Notes: generated by a model from the letters alone, not told the origin. A stretch of DNA of 64,000 nt from Bdellovibrionales bacterium (GCA_965217115.1 OZ244239.1:1408001-1472000); one strand, 5' to 3'. Positions 31,394 to 41,051 are shown, counted from the first letter of the stretch. A program made the numbers and translations.

Positions 31394-32014
31394 TTAGATC
31401 TCAACTCGATTCTCAAGGGCTTTGCTCATAGTGCGACCGTCGATGAAGTCAATGTTACCGCCAATGGGAACTCCGTGGGCGATTCTTGTGATTTTGATCT
31501 TCGTAGGAGCGAGGATTTTTGCAAGATAAAGAGTTGTGGTATCCCCCTCTAAGTCGGCATCTAAGGCTAGAATAATTTCAGAGATGGATATCTTGTTAGA
31601 GTCTGTTGATAGCTGAGGACTCACTTTCCTTAAGAGTTCTTGAGTCTTAATATCTTCAGGTCCGACTCCTTCCAGGGGAGCGATTGTTCCGTGAAGAACA
31701 TGGTACCGTCCTTGAAAAGCACCAGAGGCTTCAATGCGTATAATGTCGGAAGGTTCTTCGACAACGCAGATGATGTCGTCTTGGCGGTGGGGATCTTTGC
31801 AGTAACGACATTCTGTTTCGTCGGTGTAGTTAAAGCAGGTGGGGCACTCAAAGACTTGTTCGTGGGTTTCCATAAGGGCGGTGGCTAGATTATGCGCCCG
31901 TTCTTTAGGGCTGCGTAAAATATGGTAAGCCATGCGTTCGGCAGATTTAGAACCGACTCCAGGGAGATGTCCGAGTTCATGAACTAATTTTTCTAAAACA
32001 GAAATATTAAGCAT
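31394..32014 (-). CDS. recR: Recombination mediator RecR
   Basis: LPGVGSKSAERMA, C4 zinc finger, YHVLHG, TRIAHGVPIG. Confidence 0.96.
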   Translation of the reverse strand: MLNISVLEKLVHELGHLPGVGSKSAERMAYHILRSPKERAHNLATALMETHEQVFECPTCFNYTDETECRYCKDPHRQDDIICVVEEPSDIIRIEASGAFQGRYHVLHGTIAPLEGVGPEDIKTQELLRKVSPQLSTDSNKISISEIILALDADLEGDTTTLYLAKILAPTKIKITRIAHGVPIGGNIDFIDGRTMSKALENRVEI

Positions 32015-32034
32015 AGATGACCTTGGTGTTTTGT

Positions 32035-32364
32035 TTAGAACATTCCAGGAATGGAGAGCCCACCAGAGGCTTTGTCCATTTCAGAGGAATAGCTGTCTTT
32101 GGCTATTTTAATGGCGTCGTTTGTAGCGGTTAGAATAAGGTCTTGTAACATTTCTTTATCTCCAGATTGAAAAATATCGCTGTCAACCTCGATAGAAGTT
32201 ATGAAATTATCTCCATTAACTTTGACTTTAAGAGCACCCCCGCCAGAAGAACCGTGAAATTCTTTTTTTGAAAAGTCTTCTTGGAGTTTTTTCATACGGC
32301 TCTGTATTTGGTTAGCTTGCTTCATCATCTGTTGCATTCCGCCACTAGGCATACCTTTTTTCAT
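32035..32364 (-). CDS. ybaB: YbaB/EbfC nucleoid-associated protein
   Basis: MMKQA...GSSGGG...DKEMLQDLI; lies between dnaX and recR. Confidence 0.93.
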   Translation of the reverse strand: MKKGMPSGGMQQMMKQANQIQSRMKKLQEDFSKKEFHGSSGGGALKVKVNGDNFITSIEVDSDIFQSGDKEMLQDLILTATNDAIKIAKDSYSSEMDKASGGLSIPGMF

Positions 32365-34040
32365 TTTTGATCTCCTTGATTATTCATAGTTTTAATAGAC
32401 TGAACTTTAGCATTAAATACCTTTTGCGCTGATTGGACGAGAGGGTGTTTTTCAACTTCTTTATCTAGACGAGAGTTTTCTTTCCCGATTTTTTCTAAAC
32501 CAATGTCTTTGGCAGAATTTATGTTTTGCTGTGAGGGCGGATCAATTATTTCAACGTTAAGCGGTTCTTGCCAAATAGAATGGATGTATTTTTTTATATC
32601 TTTAAGAAAATCAGGTTTAGAGGCTTGATCTTTCAAAAAAGAAAGTTTTGCAGGGATAGCGAGTTTGATGGTGTCGGCCGTTTTTTCCACAAGAGAGAGA
32701 TTCTCAATTTTAGCTCCAAGAACACGGTCCTGATTTTTAACGATTTGCACAAGATCAAACCAGTTATCTTCAGAGCTTTTTTTGGAATCAAAGTGGGTTG
32801 TTTTTTTTATAATGGGTTCAGCTTTTTTAGTGAGGGGCTCTTTTTGGGAAGTTATTGGAGAAGTGGGAACTACTGGAGGAGTGGGAGCTATTGGAGAAGT
32901 GGGAGCCTGGAGAATTTCTTTTAAGGATTCTATGCGAGGGGCATTGACCATGCGCAGGAGGAGCATTTCAAGAACGATACGTGGATTTTCGGTGTGAATA
33001 ATATCGTTGAGACCCTTGTGGGTCATGTCGAATAGAAAATGGAGATCTTCTTCAGAGGTTTGTACCATTGTTTTTTTGAGATAGGTAACTTCAGAATCAG
33101 GAAGATCAATGATTTGTGAGAGCTGTGAAGAGTGATCTTTTGAGGTTTTTAGTAAAGTTATATGACGAATTTCTTCTAAAAGATCTTGTGAAAAAAGTTT
33201 TGGATCGCATCCTGAGTTAAATATTTTTTTGATGATTTCAATGAGAGACTGTTGGTTACGATTGATAATGCTTTCGAGGGTTTCGAGTAAAATAGTACGA
33301 TCAGTGAGGCCAAGGGCATTGATAACATTTTCTAGAGAGAGAGAACCTTCACAGAAGGTTGTGACCTGATCGAGTAGACTTTGGCTGTCGCGCATGGAGC
33401 CCCCACCTTGGCGGGCGATGGTCCATAGGGCTTCTTTTTCAAACTTAATTTTATCGCGAGAACAAATATGTTCTAGGTGTTCGGCAATGGCTTTTGTGGA
33501 GATACGGCGAAAATCAAAACGTTGCACTCGAGACAGAATTGTTAAAGGAAGTTTTTGAACTTCGGTGGTTGCGAGAATAAAGATAACATGGGCAGGGGGT
33601 TCTTCCAGGGTTTTTAGTAGAGCATTGAAGGCGCTGGTAGAGAGCATGTGAACTTCATCGATAATGTAGATTTTATACTGTCCGCTGGTGGGTCGGTATT
33701 TAACAGTGTCGCGCAGTTCTCGAATGGCATCAACACCGTTGTTGGAGGCTCCGTCAATTTCTATGGTGTCTATGTTTCGTCCTTCTGAAATTTCAACGCA
33801 GACGTCACATTGATTGCAGGGTTCAAAATTTTTCTTACTGGGGCAGCGAAGGCTTTTTGCCAGAATACGGGCGGAAGAAGTTTTACCTGTTCCTCTTGGT
33901 CCGTTGAAGAGAAGTGCGTGGTGGAGGCGATTGTTTTTTAGGGCATTAAGGAGAGTTTGACTAACGTGGTTTTGTCCGATGAGTTGTTGAAAATTTTTAG
34001 GTCGCCATTTGCGAGCGATTACTTGGTAAGACAAAAACAT
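32361..34040 (-). CDS. dnaX: DNA polymerase III subunit gamma/tau
   Basis: SYQVIARKWRP, GPRGTGKTS, EIDGASNNGVD, DEVHMLS; true start is ATG 34040 or TTG 34034. Confidence 0.96.
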   Translation of the reverse strand: MFLSYQVIARKWRPKNFQQLIGQNHVSQTLLNALKNNRLHHALLFNGPRGTGKTSSARILAKSLRCPSKKNFEPCNQCDVCVEISEGRNIDTIEIDGASNNGVDAIRELRDTVKYRPTSGQYKIYIIDEVHMLSTSAFNALLKTLEEPPAHVIFILATTEVQKLPLTILSRVQRFDFRRISTKAIAEHLEHICSRDKIKFEKEALWTIARQGGGSMRDSQSLLDQVTTFCEGSLSLENVINALGLTDRTILLETLESIINRNQQSLIEIIKKIFNSGCDPKLFSQDLLEEIRHITLLKTSKDHSSQLSQIIDLPDSEVTYLKKTMVQTSEEDLHFLFDMTHKGLNDIIHTENPRIVLEMLLLRMVNAPRIESLKEILQAPTSPIAPTPPVVPTSPITSQKEPLTKKAEPIIKKTTHFDSKKSSEDNWFDLVQIVKNQDRVLGAKIENLSLVEKTADTIKLAIPAKLSFLKDQASKPDFLKDIKKYIHSIWQEPLNVEIIDPPSQQNINSAKDIGLEKIGKENSRLDKEVEKHPLVQSAQKVFNAKVQSIKTMNNQGDQK

Positions 34041-34080
34041 CTCCGTTGAATGGGTGTTCTTAAAAGGTAATCCAATAAAT

Positions 34081-34175
34081 GGTCGGGCGATCCGTATCAC
34101 ATGCACCCTTGTTACCGTTGCTTCCTTCCGGACCTGGCGGAGTTCACAAGGGCAGGCATTGTACGGGACCCAACC
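34081..34175 (-). ncRNA. ffs: Small bacterial SRP RNA (4.5S)
   Basis: Minus strand contains CCAGGTCCGGAAGGAAGCAACGG; ends pair (GGTTGGG/CCCGACC); located upstream of dnaX. Confidence 0.93.
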
Positions 34176-34255
34176 ACAGAGGAAAGTAGTTTTTTTAGGC
34201 AGAGAGTTCAAGAGTCAACGACTTAGCCGCACTGCATTTAAAGACAAAAAACAGG

Positions 34256-35212
34256 TTATAGATTCCAGGAGATTTGTTCCAGAGCCTCGGCTTCTTCGGC
34301 CCAGTGGATGTAGTCCTGAAACTGCGGAAAAAGCTTGGGAAAGGAGGGGTCTTTCCAACGTTTGGCGATCCAGGCGGAGTAGTGAATAATACGTAGGCCT
34401 CGCAGGGGTTCCATGAGTTGCCATTGATCGTCGGGGAAGGAGCGAAGCTGCTCGTAGCCGTTTAAAAAGAGAGCTTTATCTGTAGGGGAAATGCTGTTTT
34501 TTCCACCGAAGAGCATCCATAGATCCTGTGCTTCGGGGCCATTGCAAAAATCGTCAAAATCGACAAAGAAAAAGCCTTTGTCGTTGTGTAGAAGATTCCC
34601 TCGGTGACAGTCTCCGTGAATACGAATAAAGGCAGATGGATTGAGGGATTGGTCGAGGAAGTCGAGAATTTTTTCTCCGGCTTGTTGATAGCGGTGAATA
34701 ACGGAGGGATCGATCCATTGTTCGAGAAGTTCGATGGCGGGCCAACCGTAGTTTTCGGTGGTGAGTTCTGGACGATTGAGTGTTGTTCCTTTAGCTCCGA
34801 TGTTGTGTAAACGAGCTAAGAGACCTCCAACGGAGGTGTAATCTTGACTGAGTAATTCTTGGGGAAGACGTCCGTATATTTTAGGAAAGAGTGAGAAATA
34901 AAGTCCTTCGACTTCTATGCAGGTGCTGTTGCCTTGTAATTTTATGGCTGGAGGGACGGGAATTCCTTCGCTGTGAAGTTCTTCGAGAAAGGCGTGTTCT
35001 TCTAGAATAGCTTTTAGGGACCATCTTTGGGGGCGATAAAATTTGGCGATAAGCTGTGTGTCGTCTCCTGTGTAGGGTTGCTCCAGGGAGATACTAAAAA
35101 CACGGTTTTCATAGGAATTGAGTTGAATGAAAGCCCCTGTCGGTTGATAGCCAGCGTCTTCGACGGCGGAGAGAATAATATCGGGAGAGAGATGATAAAA
35201 AGAATGGGTCAT
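34256..35212 (-). CDS. srkA: Stress response Ser/Thr kinase SrkA/RdoA
   Basis: LNSYENRV, AKFYRPQRWS, RIHGDCHRGNLL, VDFDD, QDLWM. Confidence 0.93.
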   Translation of the reverse strand: MTHSFYHLSPDIILSAVEDAGYQPTGAFIQLNSYENRVFSISLEQPYTGDDTQLIAKFYRPQRWSLKAILEEHAFLEELHSEGIPVPPAIKLQGNSTCIEVEGLYFSLFPKIYGRLPQELLSQDYTSVGGLLARLHNIGAKGTTLNRPELTTENYGWPAIELLEQWIDPSVIHRYQQAGEKILDFLDQSLNPSAFIRIHGDCHRGNLLHNDKGFFFVDFDDFCNGPEAQDLWMLFGGKNSISPTDKALFLNGYEQLRSFPDDQWQLMEPLRGLRIIHYSAWIAKRWKDPSFPKLFPQFQDYIHWAEEAEALEQISWNL

Positions 35213-35440
35213 GGTGTTGGAATTATAAACGAAATTCCATTGTATGTTTAAAGAAAACAGCAGACATCCAAATGTATTTTGGAGGAATGGCTCTTAAAAC
35301 TGGAGAAATATCAGGAGAGCGATTGAATTTCTAAAGTAAGAAACCCCCATAAGTTATTTATTTTGTTTGAAAAACTGAAAACTCTTTGTAAGGATAAAAG
35401 AAGGCAATGGACGAAAGTCTTGTCTGAGGAGAGGGGTTTT

Positions 35441-36415
35441 ATGGAGACAAGAACAATAGAGACATCAACGGGTGGAGTTCGTGTTTCGACGCTCAATTTA
35501 GAGAGAAAAGAGGCGCCATGTCTTGGGGCATACCTCGATTTCCGTCTTTATCTAAAGGATTTTTATTCCCATAAGAGAAGTCATAATGGGGGAATTCGTC
35601 CCTACTCCTATTCGGTGTTTTCTGCGGCGGCGAACATAAAATCACCAGGTTATTTGAGATTAATTATTGATGGTAAACGCAACTTAAGTGATGGGATGAT
35701 AGAAAAGTTTAGTAGAGGTCTTCGGCTTTCTAAGGAAGAGAGAGAGGAGTTTTTTCTGATGGTTAAGTATGGGCAGAGCTCAGACCCTGCTTTGCGAAAT
35801 ATTTACCTTAAGAAACTATCAGAGTTTCGGGTTCACAATCAGATTAGTCGTGGTCAGATGGATGGAGATGTTTGGGATAAAGTTCCTGGTTGGGTGTCTT
35901 GGGCTCTGTATGCTTTGGTGGATGTGGAAGGAGTTGAGTTTGATATCAAAAAACTACGGAGACGCTTTCAAAACAGGGTGACAGAGTCAGAGATTAGACT
36001 TTCTTTGGAAAAGCTTTTTAGCTCGGGAGATTTGATTTGTGATGAAGTGACAGGAAAAATAAAGCGAGCAGAAAATAAAAAACCAAAATCAATTCCTGTG
36101 GAGTTAGTTAGAAAATTACAAGGGGAGTTGATGTATTTGGGTCTGGAGTCATTGTTCCATGATGATCCTGTGGAGAGAGAGTTTGGAGCTTTGACGTTGG
36201 CTCTGACGGAAAAGGAGTTCAATGAATTAAAATTTCAATTGCGCAAGATGAAGAAAAGCGTGCAGAAAGATAATTTTATTAATCGCATGAATTCCAAAGG
36301 AGAGAAGCTCTATCAGTTGAACCTTCAACTGTACCCGTTAACAACTGGTGTGGAGACAACCGGTGTGGAGACAACCGGTGCGGAGACAATCGGTGCGGAG
36401 ATAACGCGGTCTTAA
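35441..36415 (+). CDS. TIGR02147 family protein (HTH plus DUF4423-like C-terminus)
   Basis: DFRLYLKDFY...YSY..F...A.IKSPGYLRLIIDGKRNLS ... YQLNLQLYPLT; ATG 35441 after an RBS. Confidence 0.85.
   Translation: METRTIETSTGGVRVSTLNLERKEAPCLGAYLDFRLYLKDFYSHKRSHNGGIRPYSYSVFSAAANIKSPGYLRLIIDGKRNLSDGMIEKFSRGLRLSKEEREEFFLMVKYGQSSDPALRNIYLKKLSEFRVHNQISRGQMDGDVWDKVPGWVSWALYALVDVEGVEFDIKKLRRRFQNRVTESEIRLSLEKLFSSGDLICDEVTGKIKRAENKKPKSIPVELVRKLQGELMYLGLESLFHDDPVEREFGALTLALTEKEFNELKFQLRKMKKSVQKDNFINRMNSKGEKLYQLNLQLYPLTTGVETTGVETTGAETIGAEITRS
36341..36409 (+). repeat. 15-bp tandem repeat, about 4.5 units (TTGVE/TTGAE tail)
   Basis: ACAACYGGTGYGGAG units. Confidence 0.9.
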
Positions 36416-36618
36416 AGGAATTATATTTAAATAAAGATGCGTAATTAATCGACGTCGATTCTCTGTCATTTTATTTTTAATTTCACCTCTCAGGCATTCT
36501 ACGGGGAGAAGAGGCTCCTAAGCATAAAAAAATTTTATTTATTTTAGACAGAAAATGAGGGCGAGTGACAAGAATCCATGTGCTGCAAGGCGCTATAAAA
36601 CAGCATTTTTCACTTTTT

Positions 36619-36764
36619 TGTGGATAACCTTGTTGATCATGGGGGTAAGTCTTTTGGTTTTTTAAAGAATTTAAGCATTTACTCGTCATCGCCAAAGTTC
36701 AGCACCACGTGTCATAACCTCCGCCCTAGGCTACCCATAAGAAAATGTTATGCACTGTGGATAA
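36619..36764. promoter_or_regulatory. DnaA-box cluster
   Basis: Perfect TGTGGATAA at 36619 and 36756; degenerate boxes at 36631, 36640 and 36748. Confidence 0.55.
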
Positions 36765-36846
36765 GACCATGGAAAGATGATTGTTTAGCAAGGGTTTCTG
36801 TTTTTTGTGTTACAGTTTGGCTTGGTTGTTTTTAATAAAGAGTATT

Positions 36847-37196
36847 GGGGGCGACACGGCTTCGACGTGGATGTAGAAGCTTGAGGAGCATGCCGGGCAT
36901 GGTACGAGGAGCTCGTAAAAACGTACTACTTTGTAAATTGGCGATAATTTCGCTATGGCTGCTTAAATAGCATCCCAGCAAACCTAGGTAAGGTAGCGTC
37001 CTAGGGGAGCTGTCGACTCAGCTACCTCGACATCTTGAGTGTTTTCTCCAGGCTCGGGTGTTTAAATCTTCTGGGGGAGGGCTGTTGAAACTTTGTCTGT
37101 GGAGGTTCAACAGCTTCTCAAAACACAGACTAAGCATGTAGCTGCCTCAATGTGGAATATTTGCGGACGGGGGTTCAATTCCCCCCGCCTCCACCA
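36847..37196 (+). ncRNA. ssrA: tmRNA; tag peptide (A)GDNFAMAA at 36940-36966
   Basis: GGGGGCG...TTCGAC 5' end; GGTTCAATTCC...CGCCTCCACCA 3' end with G3:U pair; tag ORF ends in AA*. Confidence 0.96.
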
Positions 37197-37383
37197 ATCT
37201 AACCCCGTTCTGCGGGGTCAAGATCGGGATTTTCCCGACAACCTAGTTTCAAGTTATTTCAATCACTTAAGGGGAGTTCAAAGTTCGGCAGGTCGGACTT
37301 TTCTGTATCAATATCACTGTTCATCACAGTTGTTGTCGTCAATCGTCGTCAAGTTGTAGTCAGTGTGATATTAAGGCTCTGTT

Positions 37384-37872
37384 ATGAACGAAAAACTAAA
37401 AAAAAAACCAGTCAACCAGGAAGTAGTAGTTTTGTACACCTACATTGGTGAAGCTGTTTGCGCAATTCAACACTTAGAAGACCATCTTAGTTGTTCTATT
37501 GTAATGAAGACAATTCCTCAGAATACACCAAAGAAAGAGGCTGATGCTCAATTGGAAAAAAGACGGCGTCTTCCTCTTGGCAGTGCGATTAAAGAGGCTA
37601 AGAAGAAAAAAGTCTTTTCTGATAATATCCAGATTAAGCTTGAAGCCTTTCTTCCTAAAAGAAATTGGCTCATTCATGGAGGTATATCTCGTTATAGAGA
37701 AGAACAGTTTGTTGCTTCAGTTGATAAGAATATTCTCGAAAAAGTAAAGGCGCTTTCAAATGAGGTAAATGAAATTTTCCATTTGCTGGAAACAGACCTC
37801 TTAAGCTATTGCGAGTCAAACGGACGGGATATGTCGAAAGTTCGAGCTGCTATTGAGGTGTTTTACAGTTAG
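37384..37872 (+). CDS. Hypothetical helical protein
   Basis: 162-aa ORF; IG.A...Q.LE, LG, RNWLIH motifs. Confidence 0.7.
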   Translation: MNEKLKKKPVNQEVVVLYTYIGEAVCAIQHLEDHLSCSIVMKTIPQNTPKKEADAQLEKRRRLPLGSAIKEAKKKKVFSDNIQIKLEAFLPKRNWLIHGGISRYREEQFVASVDKNILEKVKALSNEVNEIFHLLETDLLSYCESNGRDMSKVRAAIEVFYS

Positions 37873-38114
37873 GAATTAGCTGGTTCTTCCTCTTCTTGTG
37901 TTTCAAGCCTTAAATGGGCATGTCTGATATTAATGTTATGAGCAGCTATTTGTTCACAAGCTTGTTCATAGGTTAGCCCCAAGTGATGTGAGGATACATG
38001 AAGGTGTGGTACATTCAAACCCCTTTGCTCGGTTCCATTCAACTGGTCTTCCCCATACCAAAATATGAACCATTGATTTTCTCTGAGAAAAAGATGGAAT
38101 TGTGTTGTTTTTGC
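37869..38114 (-). pseudogene. Start-less 3' gene fragment
   Basis: 82-codon open frame (..WFIFWYGEDQ..VPHLHVSSHHLGLT..) bounded upstream by an in-frame TAG. Confidence 0.35.
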
Positions 38115-38244
38115 CTAGACAAAGCAAATTACCTTGGTTTCAATCTGTCGGGGACTTTTTAAATCAGCTTTAATCTTTAAACTATTAAAGAGTTTCCATG
38201 TAAAGGCACGAGAGAGCTTTAATGAAACTTAGTGAGATAGATAA

Positions 38245-38760
38245 ATGAAGAATTACTTAAAAAATTTTTTGGCTTGGTTATGTAGAATTGATCCACAAGG
38301 ATTGGGTACTTTACTCGTCGGAATCGCAGCGATTCTTGCAGCCTGCCAAAGCTCTGGCGTGCTTGATAAAATTCTAAAAATTCAGAAACAGGCACGATCA
38401 ATAGAGGCTGGTGTGGCGGAGCTGAGACATCAGTCTACTCAAATTTCAAATGCCGTAAGCCTGCTAGGCTATCAATTAAAAGAGATTAAAGCACAAAAAA
38501 CCGTCAACGCATCTGAGGCTCTAAAGAAGCTAGATTCATCTAAAAAACAAATTGAAAATGCCATAAGGGCACTTCCGTCACGACCGATTCCTGGTGAGTC
38601 ATTTATTTACCTTCCAGAAAAGCATTTTGGTGCAACTGTTGATTTGATTTATAAGGCGGAAACGTCAAATCAGCGTGTTAACATTCTTCAAAGAGCTTTT
38701 AACTATAGGCCAATATTGGAAGCTGTGGATCTAAAGGTAAAGGCTCAGAAGGCTGAGTAA
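38245..38760 (+). CDS. Hypothetical membrane-anchored coiled-coil protein
   Basis: N-terminal TM segment followed by a heptad-rich region. Confidence 0.65.
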   Translation: MKNYLKNFLAWLCRIDPQGLGTLLVGIAAILAACQSSGVLDKILKIQKQARSIEAGVAELRHQSTQISNAVSLLGYQLKEIKAQKTVNASEALKKLDSSKKQIENAIRALPSRPIPGESFIYLPEKHFGATVDLIYKAETSNQRVNILQRAFNYRPILEAVDLKVKAQKAE

Positions 38761-38994
38761 TGATGAGGCACCAATTCAACCAAATTTCTCGCCTAATTTA
38801 CTGAGATTACATAGACATTGATGAACCCATTATTTATAGGGAACCTTATCCTCAGCTGGAGGAGAATTTCAGGGCCTACTTTCTTCACCATTTTAAATCA
38901 AATTAATTTTTTGTTTTGTCTCGTCCAATAATCAAGTTCTGATTTTACAAACCTTGCAAAGGGGTCAATTTCCCCTTTTGTTGAAGCGGCCTCT

Positions 38995-39013
38995 ATCGAA
39001 TAAATAAACCATT
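38995..39013 (+). repeat. 19-bp upstream motif (L motif) ATCGAATAAATAAACCATT
   Basis: Exact reverse complement at 47641-47659; one mismatch at 47082-47100. Confidence 0.85.
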
Positions 39014-39048
39014 TGTTAAATGAAGTCTTAATATGCTAAAGTTCCTTT

Positions 39049-39735
39049 ATGCATAGTTTTATTATTGTTCTAGTTCTCTTATCTATTGGAAAAACAGGGT
39101 TTGCCAATGTTGAACGTTGCGATGGAGGGTTAAAGCTCCCTCTCTTGCAAGTGGGAAAAGAGCTTGCGAGTCTCTCGCATAGTCAATGTCGCAATAGGAA
39201 ACGTCACCCATGCCTGAATAGTAAACCTACTTCAGAATGTAAATTTATCACCCAATTATGGAGTAAATTAAAGCCTAAAATTACCACTAAAGCACAGTGT
39301 TCTGCTTTTGATATTCACGGTAACCCCTGTACTGGATCTTGGGAGGCCAGCTTTATGTGCGCATGTTCTAATGAGCGCACCCATATAAACCCTTCTTTTA
39401 AGTTTCTTTGCGTATCCAACAATCAAAATACCATATGTCGACCAAAAAAAAATATGAATATTAAGACTGTCAAAAATAAGGCCCTAAAGATTTTTAAAAA
39501 TTTAGCTTTTTTTTATAGAGCGGGGGAGCTTGAAAGTGTTACGAGCATTGAAAAAGGACGTAATGGATTAAAGGGAAGTGCTGTTACTACCTTATTTTGT
39601 AATATAAAAATGGTAACATTGGCGAGTGGTATTGAAGATTTGGGCTACGAATGCACTGTTGGTTTAGGTAGTGGTCTTAGGATTACTTTTGATGCCAATT
39701 TAAATCCTCTAAAAATCTTATATTTTGAACCCTAG
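39049..39735 (+). CDS. Secreted Cys-rich hypothetical protein
   Basis: Signal peptide; many Cys; its TAG stop is part of the R motif. Confidence 0.7.
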   Translation: MHSFIIVLVLLSIGKTGFANVERCDGGLKLPLLQVGKELASLSHSQCRNRKRHPCLNSKPTSECKFITQLWSKLKPKITTKAQCSAFDIHGNPCTGSWEASFMCACSNERTHINPSFKFLCVSNNQNTICRPKKNMNIKTVKNKALKIFKNLAFFYRAGELESVTSIEKGRNGLKGSAVTTLFCNIKMVTLASGIEDLGYECTVGLGSGLRITFDANLNPLKILYFEP

Positions 39736-39781
39736 ATAAATGATTAATCCTCAGCCGACAAAGCTGAGAGATGGTGAAAAG
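39732..39781 (+). repeat. R motif, copy 2
   Basis: CTAGATAAATGATTAATCCTCAGCCGACAAAGCTGAGAGATGGTGAAAAG. Confidence 0.85.
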
Positions 39782-39786
39782 GTGAT

Positions 39787-39982
39787 CTAGGGGAGCTATC
39801 GACTCAGCTACCTCGACATCTTGAGTGTTTTCTCCAGGCTCGGGTGTTTAAATCTTCTGGGGGAGGGCTGTTGAAACTTTGTCTGTGGAGGTTCAACAGC
39901 TTCTCAAAACACAGACTAAGCATGTAGCTGCCTCAATGTGGAATATTTGCGGACGGGGGTTCAATTCCCCCCGCCTCCACCA
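39787..39982 (+). repeat. Duplicate of the 3' 196 bp of ssrA (att-like)
   Basis: 195/196 identical to 37001-37196 by eye; lacks the 5' end and the tag. Confidence 0.97.
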
Positions 39983-40254
39983 ATTTAGATAACGGACGAA
40001 CCGCCGCCCACAGGGCTTCCACCTTGTGGTCTTATCCGTACAATCAGCAATAGCTTCAAACTTTCTTGATGGCCGTTCTGTAATGAATTCATACATCGTT
40101 TTGTAATAAGTTCATAAGGTTTCCAAAAAAAAACAAAATTATTTTTTTTAAGTTATAATTCAGTTTTTAAGACAAAGAAAAAACGAGCGCAGCTCGAAAT
40201 TAAAGCATTACAAAAGTGAGCGAATAAGTTTGCTTAATGAACAGGAGAATTAAA

Positions 40255-40713
40255 ATGAAAATATCTATTATGGGATTAATATTCCTGGCTTCAGTGGCAT
40301 CTTTTGCTGCCGAATTTGAAAAGTGTCACGTTAGATGTACGGATTCAAGAAAGAACTTTCAGCACATTAATCATGAGTGTAGAGTTATTGGAGAAAATAA
40401 AGGAATAGAGAAAGGATATATTGGCCTGTCTCTAGAAAGAGAAGGCAGAGGGTCACATAATTCTAATTATTATATGACCAAAATTAAGGATAACAATAGA
40501 GAAGCAGTTATGGTAGGAATTAGAATCTTCAATGCAAAAAAAATCTGTTTTAATATGAGAGAAAAGGTAGTCAAGATGTTGGACGATGCAAAAAATAATG
40601 GCATATGCGACAGTATTGTTACCGAAATTGAAGATGTTGCAAATGCCACTTACATTGGAATGTCTGGTGATTTAGACTCCCTGTCTGAGCCATGTATGCA
40701 TTTAGGAAATTAA
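40255..40713 (+). CDS. Secreted hypothetical protein
   Basis: AGGAG RBS, signal peptide MKISIMGLIFLASVASFA, Cys-containing mature region. Confidence 0.75.
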   Translation: MKISIMGLIFLASVASFAAEFEKCHVRCTDSRKNFQHINHECRVIGENKGIEKGYIGLSLEREGRGSHNSNYYMTKIKDNNREAVMVGIRIFNAKKICFNMREKVVKMLDDAKNNGICDSIVTEIEDVANATYIGMSGDLDSLSEPCMHLGN

Positions 40714-40717
40714 ACTT

Positions 40718-40768
40718 CTAAGTGAATGATCAAGCCCTAGCTGACACAGGCTGGGAGTTGATTATGAG
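40718..40768 (+). repeat. R motif, copy 3 (divergent)
   Basis: CTAAGTGAATGATCAAGCCCTAGCTGACACAGGCTGGGAGTTGATTATGAG, 4 nt after the stop; hairpin retained. Confidence 0.65.
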
Positions 40769-40808
40769 GTTGTAATGAGGTCACAGTAAAATTAGTTTCT
40801 TGTAGCCC

Positions 40809-41051
40809 CGCCAGACGATCTAGTTTATAGACAAGAACTACATCTATTTTTCTGGAGCGGACAAGTTTTAATAATTCGTCAAGGGCTGGTCGCCTTGTAT
40901 TTGCTCCACTATATCCATGATCGAGAAACTCCTGTGTGATGAGCCAACTGCGAGCATCACAAAATTTTCTTAGAGCCTCAACTTGCACTTCGGGTTTTTG
41001 ATCATGGTGAATTGTTGAGACACGAGTATAAATGGCAACTCGTTTCTTAAT
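40809..41051 (-). pseudogene. N-terminal remnant of a serine recombinase (resolvase family)
   Basis: IKKRVAIYTRVST...Q...DHGYSG...RPAL...VYKLDRLA; ATT at the expected start; truncated after LDRL. Confidence 0.88.

Larger units (their letters stand above)
37197..39786. mobile_element. 2.6-kb integrase-less islet between ssrA and its duplicated 3' half
   Basis: Flanked by 196-bp direct repeats; carries three orphan ORFs and a gene remnant. Confidence 0.7.

Noticed and set aside
32848..32906. Pro-rich repeats in dnaX
   Set aside because: Ordinary low-complexity tau linker.
34041..34211. N-terminal extension of dnaX in the ORF track
   Set aside because: It overlaps the SRP RNA; DnaX homology begins at SYQVIARKWRP.
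38993..39021. dif/pdif-like site CTATCGAATAA-ATAAACC-ATTTGTTAAAT
   Set aside because: The spacer is 7 bp and the XerD-like arm is not conserved in the other L copies.
39787..39982. Second functional or permuted two-piece tmRNA
   Set aside because: It lacks the 5' acceptor strand and the tag ORF, and no permuted 5' piece follows.
37093..40096. ORFs 37093-37359 and 39893-40096
   Set aside because: They are read through tmRNA sequence and its duplicate.
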